Below the pieces are notes generated by a model, which did no database searches, was not told the origin of the DNA, and saw nothing but the letters and a program-made list of their open reading frames with translations. A stretch of 64,000 nt of DNA. Source: Bacteroidales bacterium. Its GTDB lineage: Bacteria > Bacteroidota > Bacteroidia > Bacteroidales > UBA12077. Positions within the stretch are counted from its first letter, which is position 1; each line of letters starts with the position of its first letter. Made by a program: the position numbers and the translations under genes. Shown here in pieces: positions 40,669 through 50,070 of the stretch. The DNA is taken from positions 5,191 through 69,190 of the forward strand of contig JAWLEB010000014.1 of NCBI GenBank assembly GCA_041686375.1, in the 5' to 3' direction.

Positions 40669-41370
40669 TTAATATTTTTTCCCGCTCTCATCCAACATCG
40701 GTACAAATCTTACCGTACTGATTTCTTGTTTTTTTAATTCACTGTCTTGTTTCTCAAAAAGTACCATTTCCTGTACAAACTGTCCACCAATGGGAATTAC
40801 CATTCGTCCCCCTTCGGCAAGCTGTTCTTCTAATGGTTCCGGAATATCAGAAGGAGCGCATGTAACAATTATTGCATCAAATGGAGCATGTTCTTCCCAT
40901 CCTTTATATCCGTCACCAATTTTGAACTTAATATTATTATATCCTTGTTTCTGAAGGTTTTTCTGAGCTTCTTCCGCTAATTCTTTGATTATTTCAATTG
41001 TATATACCTCAGATGTTATATGGGATATTACTGCTGCCTGATACCCTGAGCCAGTACCTATTTCAAGAACTTTATCCCCCTCTTCAAGTTCCAATAATTC
41101 CGTCATCAGTGCCACCATATAAGGCTGTGATATGGTCTGCCCATTCCCAATTGGCAATGGCCTGTCGGCATAGGCCATATCACGGTAGTTTTCAGGTACA
41201 TATACATGCCTGTCAACATCTTTCATTGCAGCGATTACTTTCGGATCCTTAATTCCTCTGTCCGCTATCTGTTCCCTAACCATTTGTTGCTTTTCTTTGT
41301 GATAAGTCTGAGCAAAAATTGTTACGGGTACAATACCAAATAACATTAGACCGATAAATAGTTTCTTCAT
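40669..41370 (-). CDS. pcm: protein-L-isoaspartate O-methyltransferase with N-terminal signal peptide
   Basis: ISQPYMVALMTELLE, VLEIGTGSGYQAAV. N-terminus MKKLFIGLMLFGIVPVTIFAQT. Confidence 0.9.
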   Translation of the reverse strand: MKKLFIGLMLFGIVPVTIFAQTYHKEKQQMVREQIADRGIKDPKVIAAMKDVDRHVYVPENYRDMAYADRPLPIGNGQTISQPYMVALMTELLELEEGDKVLEIGTGSGYQAAVISHITSEVYTIEIIKELAEEAQKNLQKQGYNNIKFKIGDGYKGWEEHAPFDAIIVTCAPSDIPEPLEEQLAEGGRMVIPIGGQFVQEMVLFEKQDSELKKQEISTVRFVPMLDESGKKY

Positions 41371-41531
41371 AATTTCAAGTTTTTTATATATTACGAAATT
41401 AACACATTAAGGCATTAATGTCAACAGGAATTTTTCCAATCGGATATTATGCTCAGATAAAATGAATAAGCTGGATTAACTGAAAGCTAAAAAAATAAAA
41501 TTTATTTTACTATAGTCAAAGGTCTTTGTTT

Positions 41532-44465
41532 TTAAACATCGTTTAAGGCTTGATATAAGATTTCAACAGGATGAAGGGCTGCCCTTCCGGTTCCCTCTTT
41601 AATTTGTTGTCTGCAGCTTGTTCCCGGGGCACAAATCAGAGTATTCTCATCAGCTTCTCTAATAGCCGGGAAAAGTACCATTTCACCAATTTTCATAGAT
41701 ATGTCGTAATGTTCCTTCTCAAAACCAAAAGAGCCTGCCATACCACAGCATCCTGAAGGTATCTCTTCAACCTGGTAATTTAAAGGAATTGAAAGCATCC
41801 TCTTCATTGCGTTGGTCGAAATTATAGCTTTTTGCTGGCAGTGACCGTGCAGAAGTATTTTTTCCTTCTTGTCAGTAAATTGGGTTTGACGGATAACCCT
41901 TTTTTCCATTTCTTCGATGAGAAATTCATCTAACATGAACACATGTTTTGCTAAGTGTTCGGCATCTTTTCTTCTGCTGGTTGATACCAAATCCGGGTAT
42001 TCATCCCTAAATGTGAGAATTGCCGAAGGTTCAATACCTACCAAAGGTGTTTTGTCTGTAATTTTATCTTTTAGTAACTCAATATTTTTGTTGGCTATTT
42101 TCTTCGCCTTTCTCAGCAATCCTTTTGATAGAAATGTTCTGCCACTTTCTTTGTGTATTGGTATTTTAACAGTATAACCCAGATTTGTGAGCAGTTTAAC
42201 TGTTTGTACCCCTATACCGGAGTCATTATAATTTGTGAATTCATCATTAAACAGGTAAACTGTACCGTTTTCAGCCTCTTTTTTATTCATATTCTGAACA
42301 TAGTGCTTCATCCAATCTTTCAATGTGAATGAATTCACCAGCGGAAATTGTCTTTCTTGTGCAAATCCAAGGCTCGCTTTAACCATCCGTGACATGAAAG
42401 GGTTCTTGAGAAAAAAGTTGTAAAGTTTTGGGAAAATACTGCCAAGCCTGTTAAAAAATGTAATATTGGCAATTAATTTTACCCTTAGCGGCACTCCATT
42501 GGAGTCATAATAATGCTGCAAAAATTCAGTCTTAAGCTTAGCCACATCGACACTGGAAGGGCACTCGGATTTACAGGCTTTGCAAGATAGACACAGATCC
42601 ATCACTTCATAAATATCCTGGTGGTTAAATGGATTTTTATGCACTGAATCGGTAAGATATTCTCTAAGGATATTTGCCCTGGCACGGGTAACATCGTGTT
42701 CGTCCCTTGTGGCCTTATAACTGGGGCACATAGTTCCACCAGCAGTTTCTGTTTTTCTGCAGTCTCCACTTCCATTGCATTTTTCTGTTGCTCGTATTAT
42801 TCCTCCTGCTTCAGAAAAATTGAAAATTGTTTCTATTTCTTGTGTTGTTCTTCTCTGCTCATACCTCAAATTGTTTGTCATTGCGGGTGCATTGGTAATT
42901 TTCCCGGGATTGAGAATATGGTTGGGATCCCATGTATTTTTGATATCCTGTATGACCTTATAATTTTTTTGACCCAGAACAATAGGAATAAAGCCACTCC
43001 TGACACGGCCATCGCCATGTTCCCCGCTCATGGAACCTTTGTATTTTTTCACTAGATAAGCAATTTCAGTTCCAATAGTTTTAAAAAGCTTTACACCTTC
43101 TGCTGTTTTCAGGTTAAGAACGGGTCTTAAGTGTAGTTCTCCAGAACCAACATGCGCATAATACACACATCTTAAATTATATTGTTCCATTATTTGGTGA
43201 AATTCATCCATGTATTCCGGGAGCACTTCTACACTTACAGCCGTATCTTCAACCACGGAAACCGGTCGTTCATCTCCCTTCATATTTGAAAGTATTCCCA
43301 ATCCGGCTTTTCTCAAGTCCCATATTTTCTGGGCATCAGGATAATAAATCAATGGATAATGATAACCATACCCATTCTTTTTCAGATCACTAATCAATTC
43401 GTTACAGGTTTCGTCTATTTCTTGCTGTGAATTCCGGGCAAATTCAATAATCAATATGGCTTTGGGCTCTCCTTTTATAAAAAACCTGTTCCTCCTTTGC
43501 TCAATGTTGCCTTTTGTCAGATCTAGTATAATATCATCCATCATTTCCACAGCTCCCGGATAATGATTCAATGCAATCAAATTTGCTTCAAAAGCTTCCC
43601 GCCGGGTTTCAAAATGTACTGCCATAACAGCCTTATAATCTGGTGGCAGAGGAACAAGATTAAGTGTGATTTCGGTTATGAAAAGCAACGTTCCTTCGGA
43701 TCCGCAAATAAGCCTGGACAAATTAACAGGTTTGCTGCTTGTCTTGCTGAAAACTTCGGAATCTAAAAGCAAATCAACAGCATATCCGGTATTACGTCTA
43801 TATATTGAAGGATCGGGGTATTCATTTTTTATCTCTTCTTGAACATCCGGATCGGATAACAAATTGTTTATATTCTGATAGATTGCTCCTTCAAATGAAT
43901 TTTCATGCAGCTTATCCTCAAATTCATTTTTAGATAAATCTTTGAATTCAACTTCTGTTCCATCGCTTAGAAAACCTTTTACTGAAATGGTATGATCCCG
44001 GGTAGAACCATATAAAATGGAATGTGCGCCGCAAGCATTGTTTCCAACCATGCCTCCTATCATACAACGATTTGAAGTTGATGTTTCCGGGCCAAAAAAC
44101 AAACCATACTTTTTCAAGTAAAAATTGAGATCAGCCAAAATTACCCCGGGTTGTACTTTAACCCACTTGTCTTCTGTATTCAGTTCCAGGATTTCGGACA
44201 TGTAGCGGGAAACATCGACAATAATGCCGGAACCTACTACCTGCCCTGCAAGTGAAGTTCCTGCAGTTCTTGGTATTAATCCTGTTTTTGTCTGCGCAGC
44301 AAATTCAATTAAACATCGAATATCTTCTTTATGCTTTGGCTTTGCAACGGCTATGGGAATTTCCCTGTAAACAGACGCATCAGTGGCATAAAGTAATCTT
44401 GTTTTTTTGTCTAAATGAAAATCTCCGTCAAGTTTACCGGATAATTGATCTAATAAATGCTGCAT
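41532..44465 (-). CDS. FAD-binding plus (Fe-S)-binding oxidoreductase (GlcD/GlcF-like fusion, D-lactate/glycolate dehydrogenase-like)
   Basis: FAD_binding_4 (PRTAGTSLAGQ), CLSCKACKSECPS, CCG domains (CCGMAGSFG). Start is taken at ATG 44465 (MQHLLDQ...) rather than the TTG at 44489. Confidence 0.85.
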   Translation of the reverse strand: MQHLLDQLSGKLDGDFHLDKKTRLLYATDASVYREIPIAVAKPKHKEDIRCLIEFAAQTKTGLIPRTAGTSLAGQVVGSGIIVDVSRYMSEILELNTEDKWVKVQPGVILADLNFYLKKYGLFFGPETSTSNRCMIGGMVGNNACGAHSILYGSTRDHTISVKGFLSDGTEVEFKDLSKNEFEDKLHENSFEGAIYQNINNLLSDPDVQEEIKNEYPDPSIYRRNTGYAVDLLLDSEVFSKTSSKPVNLSRLICGSEGTLLFITEITLNLVPLPPDYKAVMAVHFETRREAFEANLIALNHYPGAVEMMDDIILDLTKGNIEQRRNRFFIKGEPKAILIIEFARNSQQEIDETCNELISDLKKNGYGYHYPLIYYPDAQKIWDLRKAGLGILSNMKGDERPVSVVEDTAVSVEVLPEYMDEFHQIMEQYNLRCVYYAHVGSGELHLRPVLNLKTAEGVKLFKTIGTEIAYLVKKYKGSMSGEHGDGRVRSGFIPIVLGQKNYKVIQDIKNTWDPNHILNPGKITNAPAMTNNLRYEQRRTTQEIETIFNFSEAGGIIRATEKCNGSGDCRKTETAGGTMCPSYKATRDEHDVTRARANILREYLTDSVHKNPFNHQDIYEVMDLCLSCKACKSECPSSVDVAKLKTEFLQHYYDSNGVPLRVKLIANITFFNRLGSIFPKLYNFFLKNPFMSRMVKASLGFAQERQFPLVNSFTLKDWMKHYVQNMNKKEAENGTVYLFNDEFTNYNDSGIGVQTVKLLTNLGYTVKIPIHKESGRTFLSKGLLRKAKKIANKNIELLKDKITDKTPLVGIEPSAILTFRDEYPDLVSTSRRKDAEHLAKHVFMLDEFLIEEMEKRVIRQTQFTDKKEKILLHGHCQQKAIISTNAMKRMLSIPLNYQVEEIPSGCCGMAGSFGFEKEHYDISMKIGEMVLFPAIREADENTLICAPGTSCRQQIKEGTGRAALHPVEILYQALNDV

Positions 44466-44494
44466 AGAGAATTTATTATAACAGTCCAAGCAAT

Positions 44495-44770
44495 TTGTTT
44501 CTTAACCTGGACACTAATTGTACTTTGGTTCTTATTTCAATGAGATTAAAAGGCCTGGTGAAAAAATCATCAGCGCCAGCCTTCAAACCGGTCTTTTCTG
44601 AGTCCTTATCAAATAAGGCTTTCACCATGATAATAATGTTTGTATTGAGATCATCGGTTTTTTCATCGCTTTACATACTTTAAATTTATTCATTTTTGGT
44701 ATCATAAGATCCAGCAGGATGAGTTCCGGAAAATTTATTTTTGTATTTTCCAGAGCACTTTTATAAAAAT
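44495..44770 (-). pseudogene. response-regulator receiver domain remnant (N-terminally truncated, frameshifted)
   Basis: Own minus-strand translation: ...FPELILLDLMIPKMNKFKVCKAMKK, frameshift, DDLNTNIIIMVKALFDKDSEKTGLKAGADDFFTRPFNLIEIRTKVQLVSRLRNKLLGLL*. The N-terminal acidic-pocket segment is absent. Confidence 0.6.
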
Positions 44771-45529
44771 CAACAAGTCAGCAAAAATACAAAAGATTTT
44801 TATATAAGAAGTAAGCAAAATTCCTACGGGAAAATTATCATCAACTTTAATAAACTACATTTGTAAACATTCACAAAAAATAAAACCTGTTTTGTCTACA
44901 AATATATCACATAATCTACAAATAAGTTTACATATGAAAACAATTCCCGAAAACGTATTATACCTTAAATAATTTTTTTATATGTGTAGTTTAATCAATT
45001 AGTTATAGTAATAATTTAAAATGTAACTTTAATAATTTAGGTTGTTTTTCTTGAAATGTGCTGAATTAAGTATTGAATTTACTTATAAAAAACTATATTC
45101 CAGTAAAATATGTACCTAAAATAAAATAATACTTCAGGTATAACAGCCATGTCCATACTTTGTAGCAATCCTTATACGCTCTGGCTTCTGTATGGGCAGA
45201 ATTTATCCTTTTTTTAGAATAGCAACTTTAAATCAATATATTGTTTGTATAAATGAGGATAAAATAGACCGAATTATAGGTGTTATTACCCCATTTTTAA
45301 TACTTGGAGTGCTTTCATAATAGCTTATTTGAGTATTATGAGCAACATGTCCTGTTGTTTGTTGTATCATAGAATTGAAAAGGTGAAAGATTTAGAAAAT
45401 ATTAGTCAGATTGTTATATTATGGCATTGTTTAACGACTATGTGAGGCAAACAATAAAAATATACAAATGTAAACTAAGGATTTCTGTTAAAGTTTACAT
45501 ATGTATATGATAAGTCTTAAAATATTATT

Positions 45530-45537
45530 TACATTTG
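45530..45537 (+). promoter_or_regulatory. candidate Bacteroidota -7 promoter element (TAnnTTTG) for the HTH gene
   Basis: TACATTTG lies 24 nt upstream of ATG 45562. The same octamer recurs at 44856-44863 (+) and 45465-45472 (-). Confidence 0.35.
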
Positions 45538-45561
45538 TAATAATAAACAAGACTAAATGTA

Positions 45562-45984
45562 ATGCAAGAAAGAATATTGCAGTTGTTAAAAGAATTAAAC
45601 TTGTCATCTTCTAAACTGGCTGAAGAAATAGATGTTCAGAGATCTTCTATTTCTCATATTCTGGCTGGCAGAAATAAACCCAGTTTTGTTTTTATTCAAA
45701 AACTTCTGAAACGGTATCCTCAAATTAATTCCCGGTGGTTATTACTGGGTGAAGGTTCTCCACTGGTTAAGAATATCCAAACTTCTATGCCTTTTCATCA
45801 AACAGATAACCAAAAAAATACAGAATTAACTTCACGAGAATCAAATATTCACAGTGAGTCTCCTGCTGAATCCGGAATAACCAATTCTGAAAAGAATAAA
45901 ATCTCTGAGAAAGTTTCGATAAAAAAAATTGTTATCTTTTATTCTGATAATCATTTCGAAGAATACTTACCTAAAACAAAATAA
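45562..45984 (+). CDS. XRE-family helix-turn-helix protein
   Basis: ILQLLKELNLSSSKLAEEIDVQRSSISHILAGRNKPSFVFIQKLLKRYPQINSRWLLLGEG, followed by a low-complexity tail. Confidence 0.75.
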   Translation: MQERILQLLKELNLSSSKLAEEIDVQRSSISHILAGRNKPSFVFIQKLLKRYPQINSRWLLLGEGSPLVKNIQTSMPFHQTDNQKNTELTSRESNIHSESPAESGITNSEKNKISEKVSIKKIVIFYSDNHFEEYLPKTK

Positions 45985-46013
45985 AATTTCTATTTATATT
46001 TGCAGAAAAAATA

Positions 46014-47051
46014 ATGTATAAATCTGTCATTCGTCCCCTTCTTTTTCTTCTTAAACCGGAAACTATACATCATTTTATTGCTGCATTGCTGAAATTTGCT
46101 GCTAAGATTCCCTTCTTATCTTTTTTATTGCAAAAGTTTTACATTATCAAAGATAAACGCTTGTCAAGGGATTTTCTTGGTATGCATTTTAAAAATCCGG
46201 TCGGATTAGCTGCCGGCTTTGATAAAAATGCTGAGTTATATAATGCGCTCAGCTGTTTTGGATTTTCTTTTGTTGAAATTGGCACGGTAACACCTGTGTC
46301 TCAACTGGGAAATTTTAAACCCCGTTCTTTTCGACTTGTTGAGGATAAGGGACTCATTAACAGAATGGGTTTTAACAATAAGGGCGTTAATTATGCTGTT
46401 GAACAACTTAAAAAACAAAAACCCAGGGTTATCATTGGAGGAAACATAGGAAAAAATACAAAAACTCCTAATGATAAAGCAATTGAAGACTATCAGGCAG
46501 GGTTTGAGAAAATTTATGATCATGTAGACTATTTGGTAATCAATTTGAGCTGTCCTAACATTGAAAACCTGAATGAACTCCAGGATCGGGATCATACTAT
46601 ACAAATAATCAACGAACTGGATAAACTTAGATCATCCTATTCATCTCAAAAACCAATCCTTCTGAAAATATCACCGGATATTGATCAAAAAGGACTGGAT
46701 GATGTTATAGATATTTTCTATCAAACCGGTCTCGATGGCATCATTGCAACCAACACCACCACGCGTAGAGATAACTTAAAAACGGACAGCGAAAAAATTG
46801 AACGCCTCGGAAAAGGTGGCCTGAGTGGCAAACCAATTACTGAAAGATCAACTGAAATGATTCGCTATCTGAGTAAAAAAAGTAATTACGAAATACCTAT
46901 TATTGGTGTCGGCGGAATAATGACTGCCGGGGATGCATTGGAGAAACTGGAAGCGGGTGCAACTTTGGTTCAAATTTATACCGGATTCATCTATGGCGGG
47001 CCTGCTATAGTCAAACGCATAAACAAGGCAATTCTGGAAAAAATGGATTAA
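46014..47051 (+). CDS. pyrD: quinone-dependent dihydroorotate dehydrogenase
   Basis: GFVEIGTVTP, NLSCPN, GVGGIMTAGDA. Confidence 0.93.
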   Translation: MYKSVIRPLLFLLKPETIHHFIAALLKFAAKIPFLSFLLQKFYIIKDKRLSRDFLGMHFKNPVGLAAGFDKNAELYNALSCFGFSFVEIGTVTPVSQLGNFKPRSFRLVEDKGLINRMGFNNKGVNYAVEQLKKQKPRVIIGGNIGKNTKTPNDKAIEDYQAGFEKIYDHVDYLVINLSCPNIENLNELQDRDHTIQIINELDKLRSSYSSQKPILLKISPDIDQKGLDDVIDIFYQTGLDGIIATNTTTRRDNLKTDSEKIERLGKGGLSGKPITERSTEMIRYLSKKSNYEIPIIGVGGIMTAGDALEKLEAGATLVQIYTGFIYGGPAIVKRINKAILEKMD

Positions 47052-47269
47052 TTTGCGGATTATAGTAAACAAATTTCAGATAAAGCTGAAATGCCAACCA
47101 CACTCCCAGACACTATCAGATTAATATCGCTAATTATAAGAACTACTTGAAAGATTCTAAAGTTTGTCTGTTTTTACGGGCGCAACCTTCAACCGATTTT
47201 TCCCGGTGTCGATATTTATCATGGACAGTGAGGCAACTGTTGCTTTATATCCATTTTTAATTGAACGAT

Positions 47270-47700
47270 TTACAGCCACGTTATTTCGCTTGGGACGTAA
47301 TAGCGCTCGTTAAATTCAATTGTCTTTTTGTTCCCCAGGCCATCTTCAAATTCGGTAATATTGAAATCCCGGAATTTCATCAAATCAAAAGTATTACTGT
47401 GATAGGTAGCATTACCTTCTCCGGCCTGTGAATCCGTAAATTCCTGTACAAAATGATACAACGGAAATAATCCTTTCAGGGTTGTAAATATAAACTTACC
47501 CCAAGTTTGAGAGAGCGGGTTACATTCTTTAAGATTTCAAAATTCATTTCATCAGTTTCCATTAAAGGGAAAGCCCCTTCGCAAAGCATTATAGCACATA
47601 AAACTGAGCCTCAAATGGCAGGTTACGTGCATCATGTTTCAAAAAATCTATTTTGAGGTTATGTTGTAATGCTTTTTTTCTACTATTTATATTAGACTGT
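47270..47700 (-). pseudogene. class I SAM-dependent methyltransferase remnant (frameshifted, both ends missing)
   Basis: Own minus-strand translation: KIDFLKHDARNLPFEAQF.. / ..NALRRGFPFNGN* / ..NFEILKECNPLSQTWGKFIFTTLKGLFPLYHFVQ... spread over three frames. No GxGxG segment upstream. Confidence 0.5.
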
Positions 47701-47930
47701 AGTATTCAGGAAGGTGGTATGAAATCAATGTGTTTAGTTTTATTGTGTGAGAAGTTGATGTAGGGATTTTAACTGAAGCATGGTACTGTTCTTATAGAGT
47801 GTAGCAACTGCAGTTAGTTTGGCAGCATAAGAACCGGAATACCCTTCAAGTTCCAGCATAGCCATCCGTTTACAAGCTTCAGGACTTCAAAGAAGACAAT
47901 GGTTAGTGAACCTAAAAAAAGAAAAACTTA

Positions 47931-48049
47931 GAAACTGTTTTGATTTTGTCCTGCTTTAACAAATTAATTTTATTCAGGGAGGGGTTATGCAAAATATCAT
48001 CTTCAAAATTTGGTAAAGCAAAATTTTTAAAAGAAATCAAAACAGTTTC
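47931..48049. repeat. 16-nt perfect inverted repeat with 87-nt spacer
   Basis: GAAACTGTTTTGATTT (47931-47946) and its reverse complement AAATCAAAACAGTTTC (48034-48049). Confidence 0.7.
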
Positions 48050-48214
48050 TTAGAGAAAAACACGTTTTTTTACTATAAATACCCTGAAAAAAATCGTTAT
48101 AGCTTTTAAGTAAATAGGAATCCACCCAACCATAATTATCCCAATAGCCAAGAATTCAATTCATGGTTCTAAAATAAACATCATTACAAAAAAATGTAAT
48201 CAATATAATTTTGG

Positions 48215-48457
48215 CTATTTCTTCCGGATGAGCGAAATTATCAATCCAACAATAGCACCAACACCTCCGGATATAAGAATATTCTGACGCATGGTTGTTA
48301 TCCCTGCTACTTTTCTGCCAAAAGACTCAATGCCACTTTGGGATTGCTGGAAAATCAAATTAATATCAACATATTCTCCTGATATTCTCCCAAATACTAA
48401 ATAGCCTATAATCAGACCAATTATAGCAAAACTTACAATAAACAGTATTTTTTTCAT
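48215..48457 (-). CDS. small two-TM membrane protein (80 aa)
   Basis: MKKILFIVSFAIIGLIIGYLVFG...GGVGAIVGLIISLIRKK. Start codon is the terminal ATG of repeat B2. Confidence 0.55.
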   Translation of the reverse strand: MKKILFIVSFAIIGLIIGYLVFGRISGEYVDINLIFQQSQSGIESFGRKVAGITTMRQNILISGGVGAIVGLIISLIRKK

Positions 48458-48645
48458 TTGGATATCGTTTTTTTACAGTTATTAACTCATTTGAATAAAT
48501 TGCAGTTATTATGCTTATTTTACATGATTTACAAAACGAATCTTAAGGCAATTATTAATTTTGATAAATAAATCCGCGTTTATCCGCTCAATCCGTGTCA
48601 TCTGAGTTCTATCCATGTCCTTTGGTCTACGCTGGTGGATGAGGG
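48458..48645 (-). repeat. interspersed repeat family B, copy B2
   Basis: Reverse complement: cccctcatccaccagcgtagaccaaaggacatggatagaactcagatgacacggattgagcggataaacgcggatttatttatcaaaattaataattgccttaag...caatttattcaaatgagttaataactgtaaaaaaacgatatccaa, then ATG(48457). Confidence 0.85.
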
Positions 48646-48679
48646 GTTCATAAGCAAATAAGTTTTAAATTAAAGAAAA

Positions 48680-48712
48680 CAAGCCTTCTGGAATAATTTT
48701 CCCGGTAAGGCT
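48680..48712 (-). terminator. possible terminator after the hemerythrin gene
   Basis: AAGCCTT(48680-48686)/AAGGCTT(48706-48712). The minus-strand reading is followed by GTTTTCTTT. Confidence 0.4.
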
Positions 48713-48727
48713 TATTGTATATAGATT

Positions 48728-49129
48728 TCATATTCGTTCTTGCAAGTACGGTGCATATTGCTGGTCAGTTTTCAATATATGATTTACCAGCCATTTTTTA
48801 AGAAAGTTAGCAACTTCTATTGATGTTTTACTGTCGCCTCCCTCAAATTTGTCTTTATATTTCTTTATTTCTTCCACAAAATTCTGATGTTCTTTCTTAT
48901 GATCCTCATAGCCGGGGAAACCATAAATAAGCATCAGCTTCTCTTCAGAAAAGAAATGGGTTTTAGCATAATCAAACAATTCATTGAATATCTCATTCAA
49001 TTTTTCCTTTCCCTGGCCCTTTGACATAGCTTCATAGAGGTCATTAATCAATGACACCAGTTGCATGTGCTGGGTATCAATTTCATCAATATTTGTAGCC
49101 ATTGAATATTTCCATTGAATAAAACTCAT
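48728..49129 (-). CDS. bacteriohemerythrin
   Basis: IDEIDTQHMQLV, HFFSEEKLM, HKKEHQNF, WLVNHI. Start at the internal Met (MSFIQW). Confidence 0.85.
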   Translation of the reverse strand: MSFIQWKYSMATNIDEIDTQHMQLVSLINDLYEAMSKGQGKEKLNEIFNELFDYAKTHFFSEEKLMLIYGFPGYEDHKKEHQNFVEEIKKYKDKFEGGDSKTSIEVANFLKKWLVNHILKTDQQYAPYLQERI

Positions 49130-49296
49130 AATTGCAGGACTTTTGGGATATTGAATTTTTATAATTAACAGCTTAAGCTTGAAATTGTTTAACAATTATA
49201 ATCCACTTTTAGTCAATATAAAAGTTAATTACCATAAAAACCACTTCATCAATTTGATGTATGAAAATAATAAAAAAACAGCACAATTATTTAAAG

Positions 49297-50070
49297 CTAT
49301 ACTATATAATCCAGTAACTTTTCAGGATATGTATTTCTGATAAGCGCTCTTGCTAAGATTTGTGTTGCATCCAACAAAGGAAGGTTGCTAATTTTCTTAT
49401 AAGGCAATGCATAGGGAATTTCTGTGCATCCAAGAATGATTCCTTCTGCTCCTTTTGACTTTAAAGAACGAATACCATTGACCAGCGTATTCTTTGCTTT
49501 TTTTGTAACCGGGTTAGATACTGTTTTTATTCCATACTCAGGATGATAAATGGCCTGATGTATTCTTTCCTGCAAATCCGGATTGGCCACAACAGGTTCT
49601 AAGCCAGCATTGATAAGGGAATTTTCATACACTTTTGACTGATAGGTTCCGGTAGTTGATAATATTCCTATCTTATGAATTTCAGAATAATGATTCTTAA
49701 TAAATTGAATCACTTCTGTGATCATATTTATCAATTGTACTTTACTTTTTGATGTTTTAAGTTCACTTTGTATTGTATTAAAAATTTCAGGTGCATGCAT
49801 TGTGTTACAAGGAATTCCAATAACGTTAGCTCCTGCTTGTTCCAGTTTTAGTATGATTTCATGTACTGCATAAGCCGGATTTATATTTGTTTTTCCCATA
49901 AGAAATTCTGACCGGTCTGCAATCTTATGAGGAATTGAAAACAAAGCTACCGGCAGATGTTCCTGATCAGAGCCGGCGATTGTTTCATTGAATATTTTTT
50001 GCGTTAAATCAAGTCCGGCATAGGGACCTACCCCGCCTACGATTCCTATGATATGTTCATTCTTAGTCAT
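49297..50070 (-). CDS. aspartate/glutamate racemase family protein
   Basis: GIVGGVGPYAG, the two catalytic-Cys motifs IPCNTMH and LGCTEIP. Confidence 0.85.
   Translation of the reverse strand: MTKNEHIIGIVGGVGPYAGLDLTQKIFNETIAGSDQEHLPVALFSIPHKIADRSEFLMGKTNINPAYAVHEIILKLEQAGANVIGIPCNTMHAPEIFNTIQSELKTSKSKVQLINMITEVIQFIKNHYSEIHKIGILSTTGTYQSKVYENSLINAGLEPVVANPDLQERIHQAIYHPEYGIKTVSNPVTKKAKNTLVNGIRSLKSKGAEGIILGCTEIPYALPYKKISNLPLLDATQILARALIRNTYPEKLLDYIV

Noticed and set aside
45192-45329. 45-codon ORF (MGRIYPFFRIATLNQYIVCINEDKIDRIIGVITPFLILGVLS*) in the AT-rich block.
   Set aside because: No recognisable motif and no obvious start context. An ORF of this length is expected by chance in 0.8 kb.
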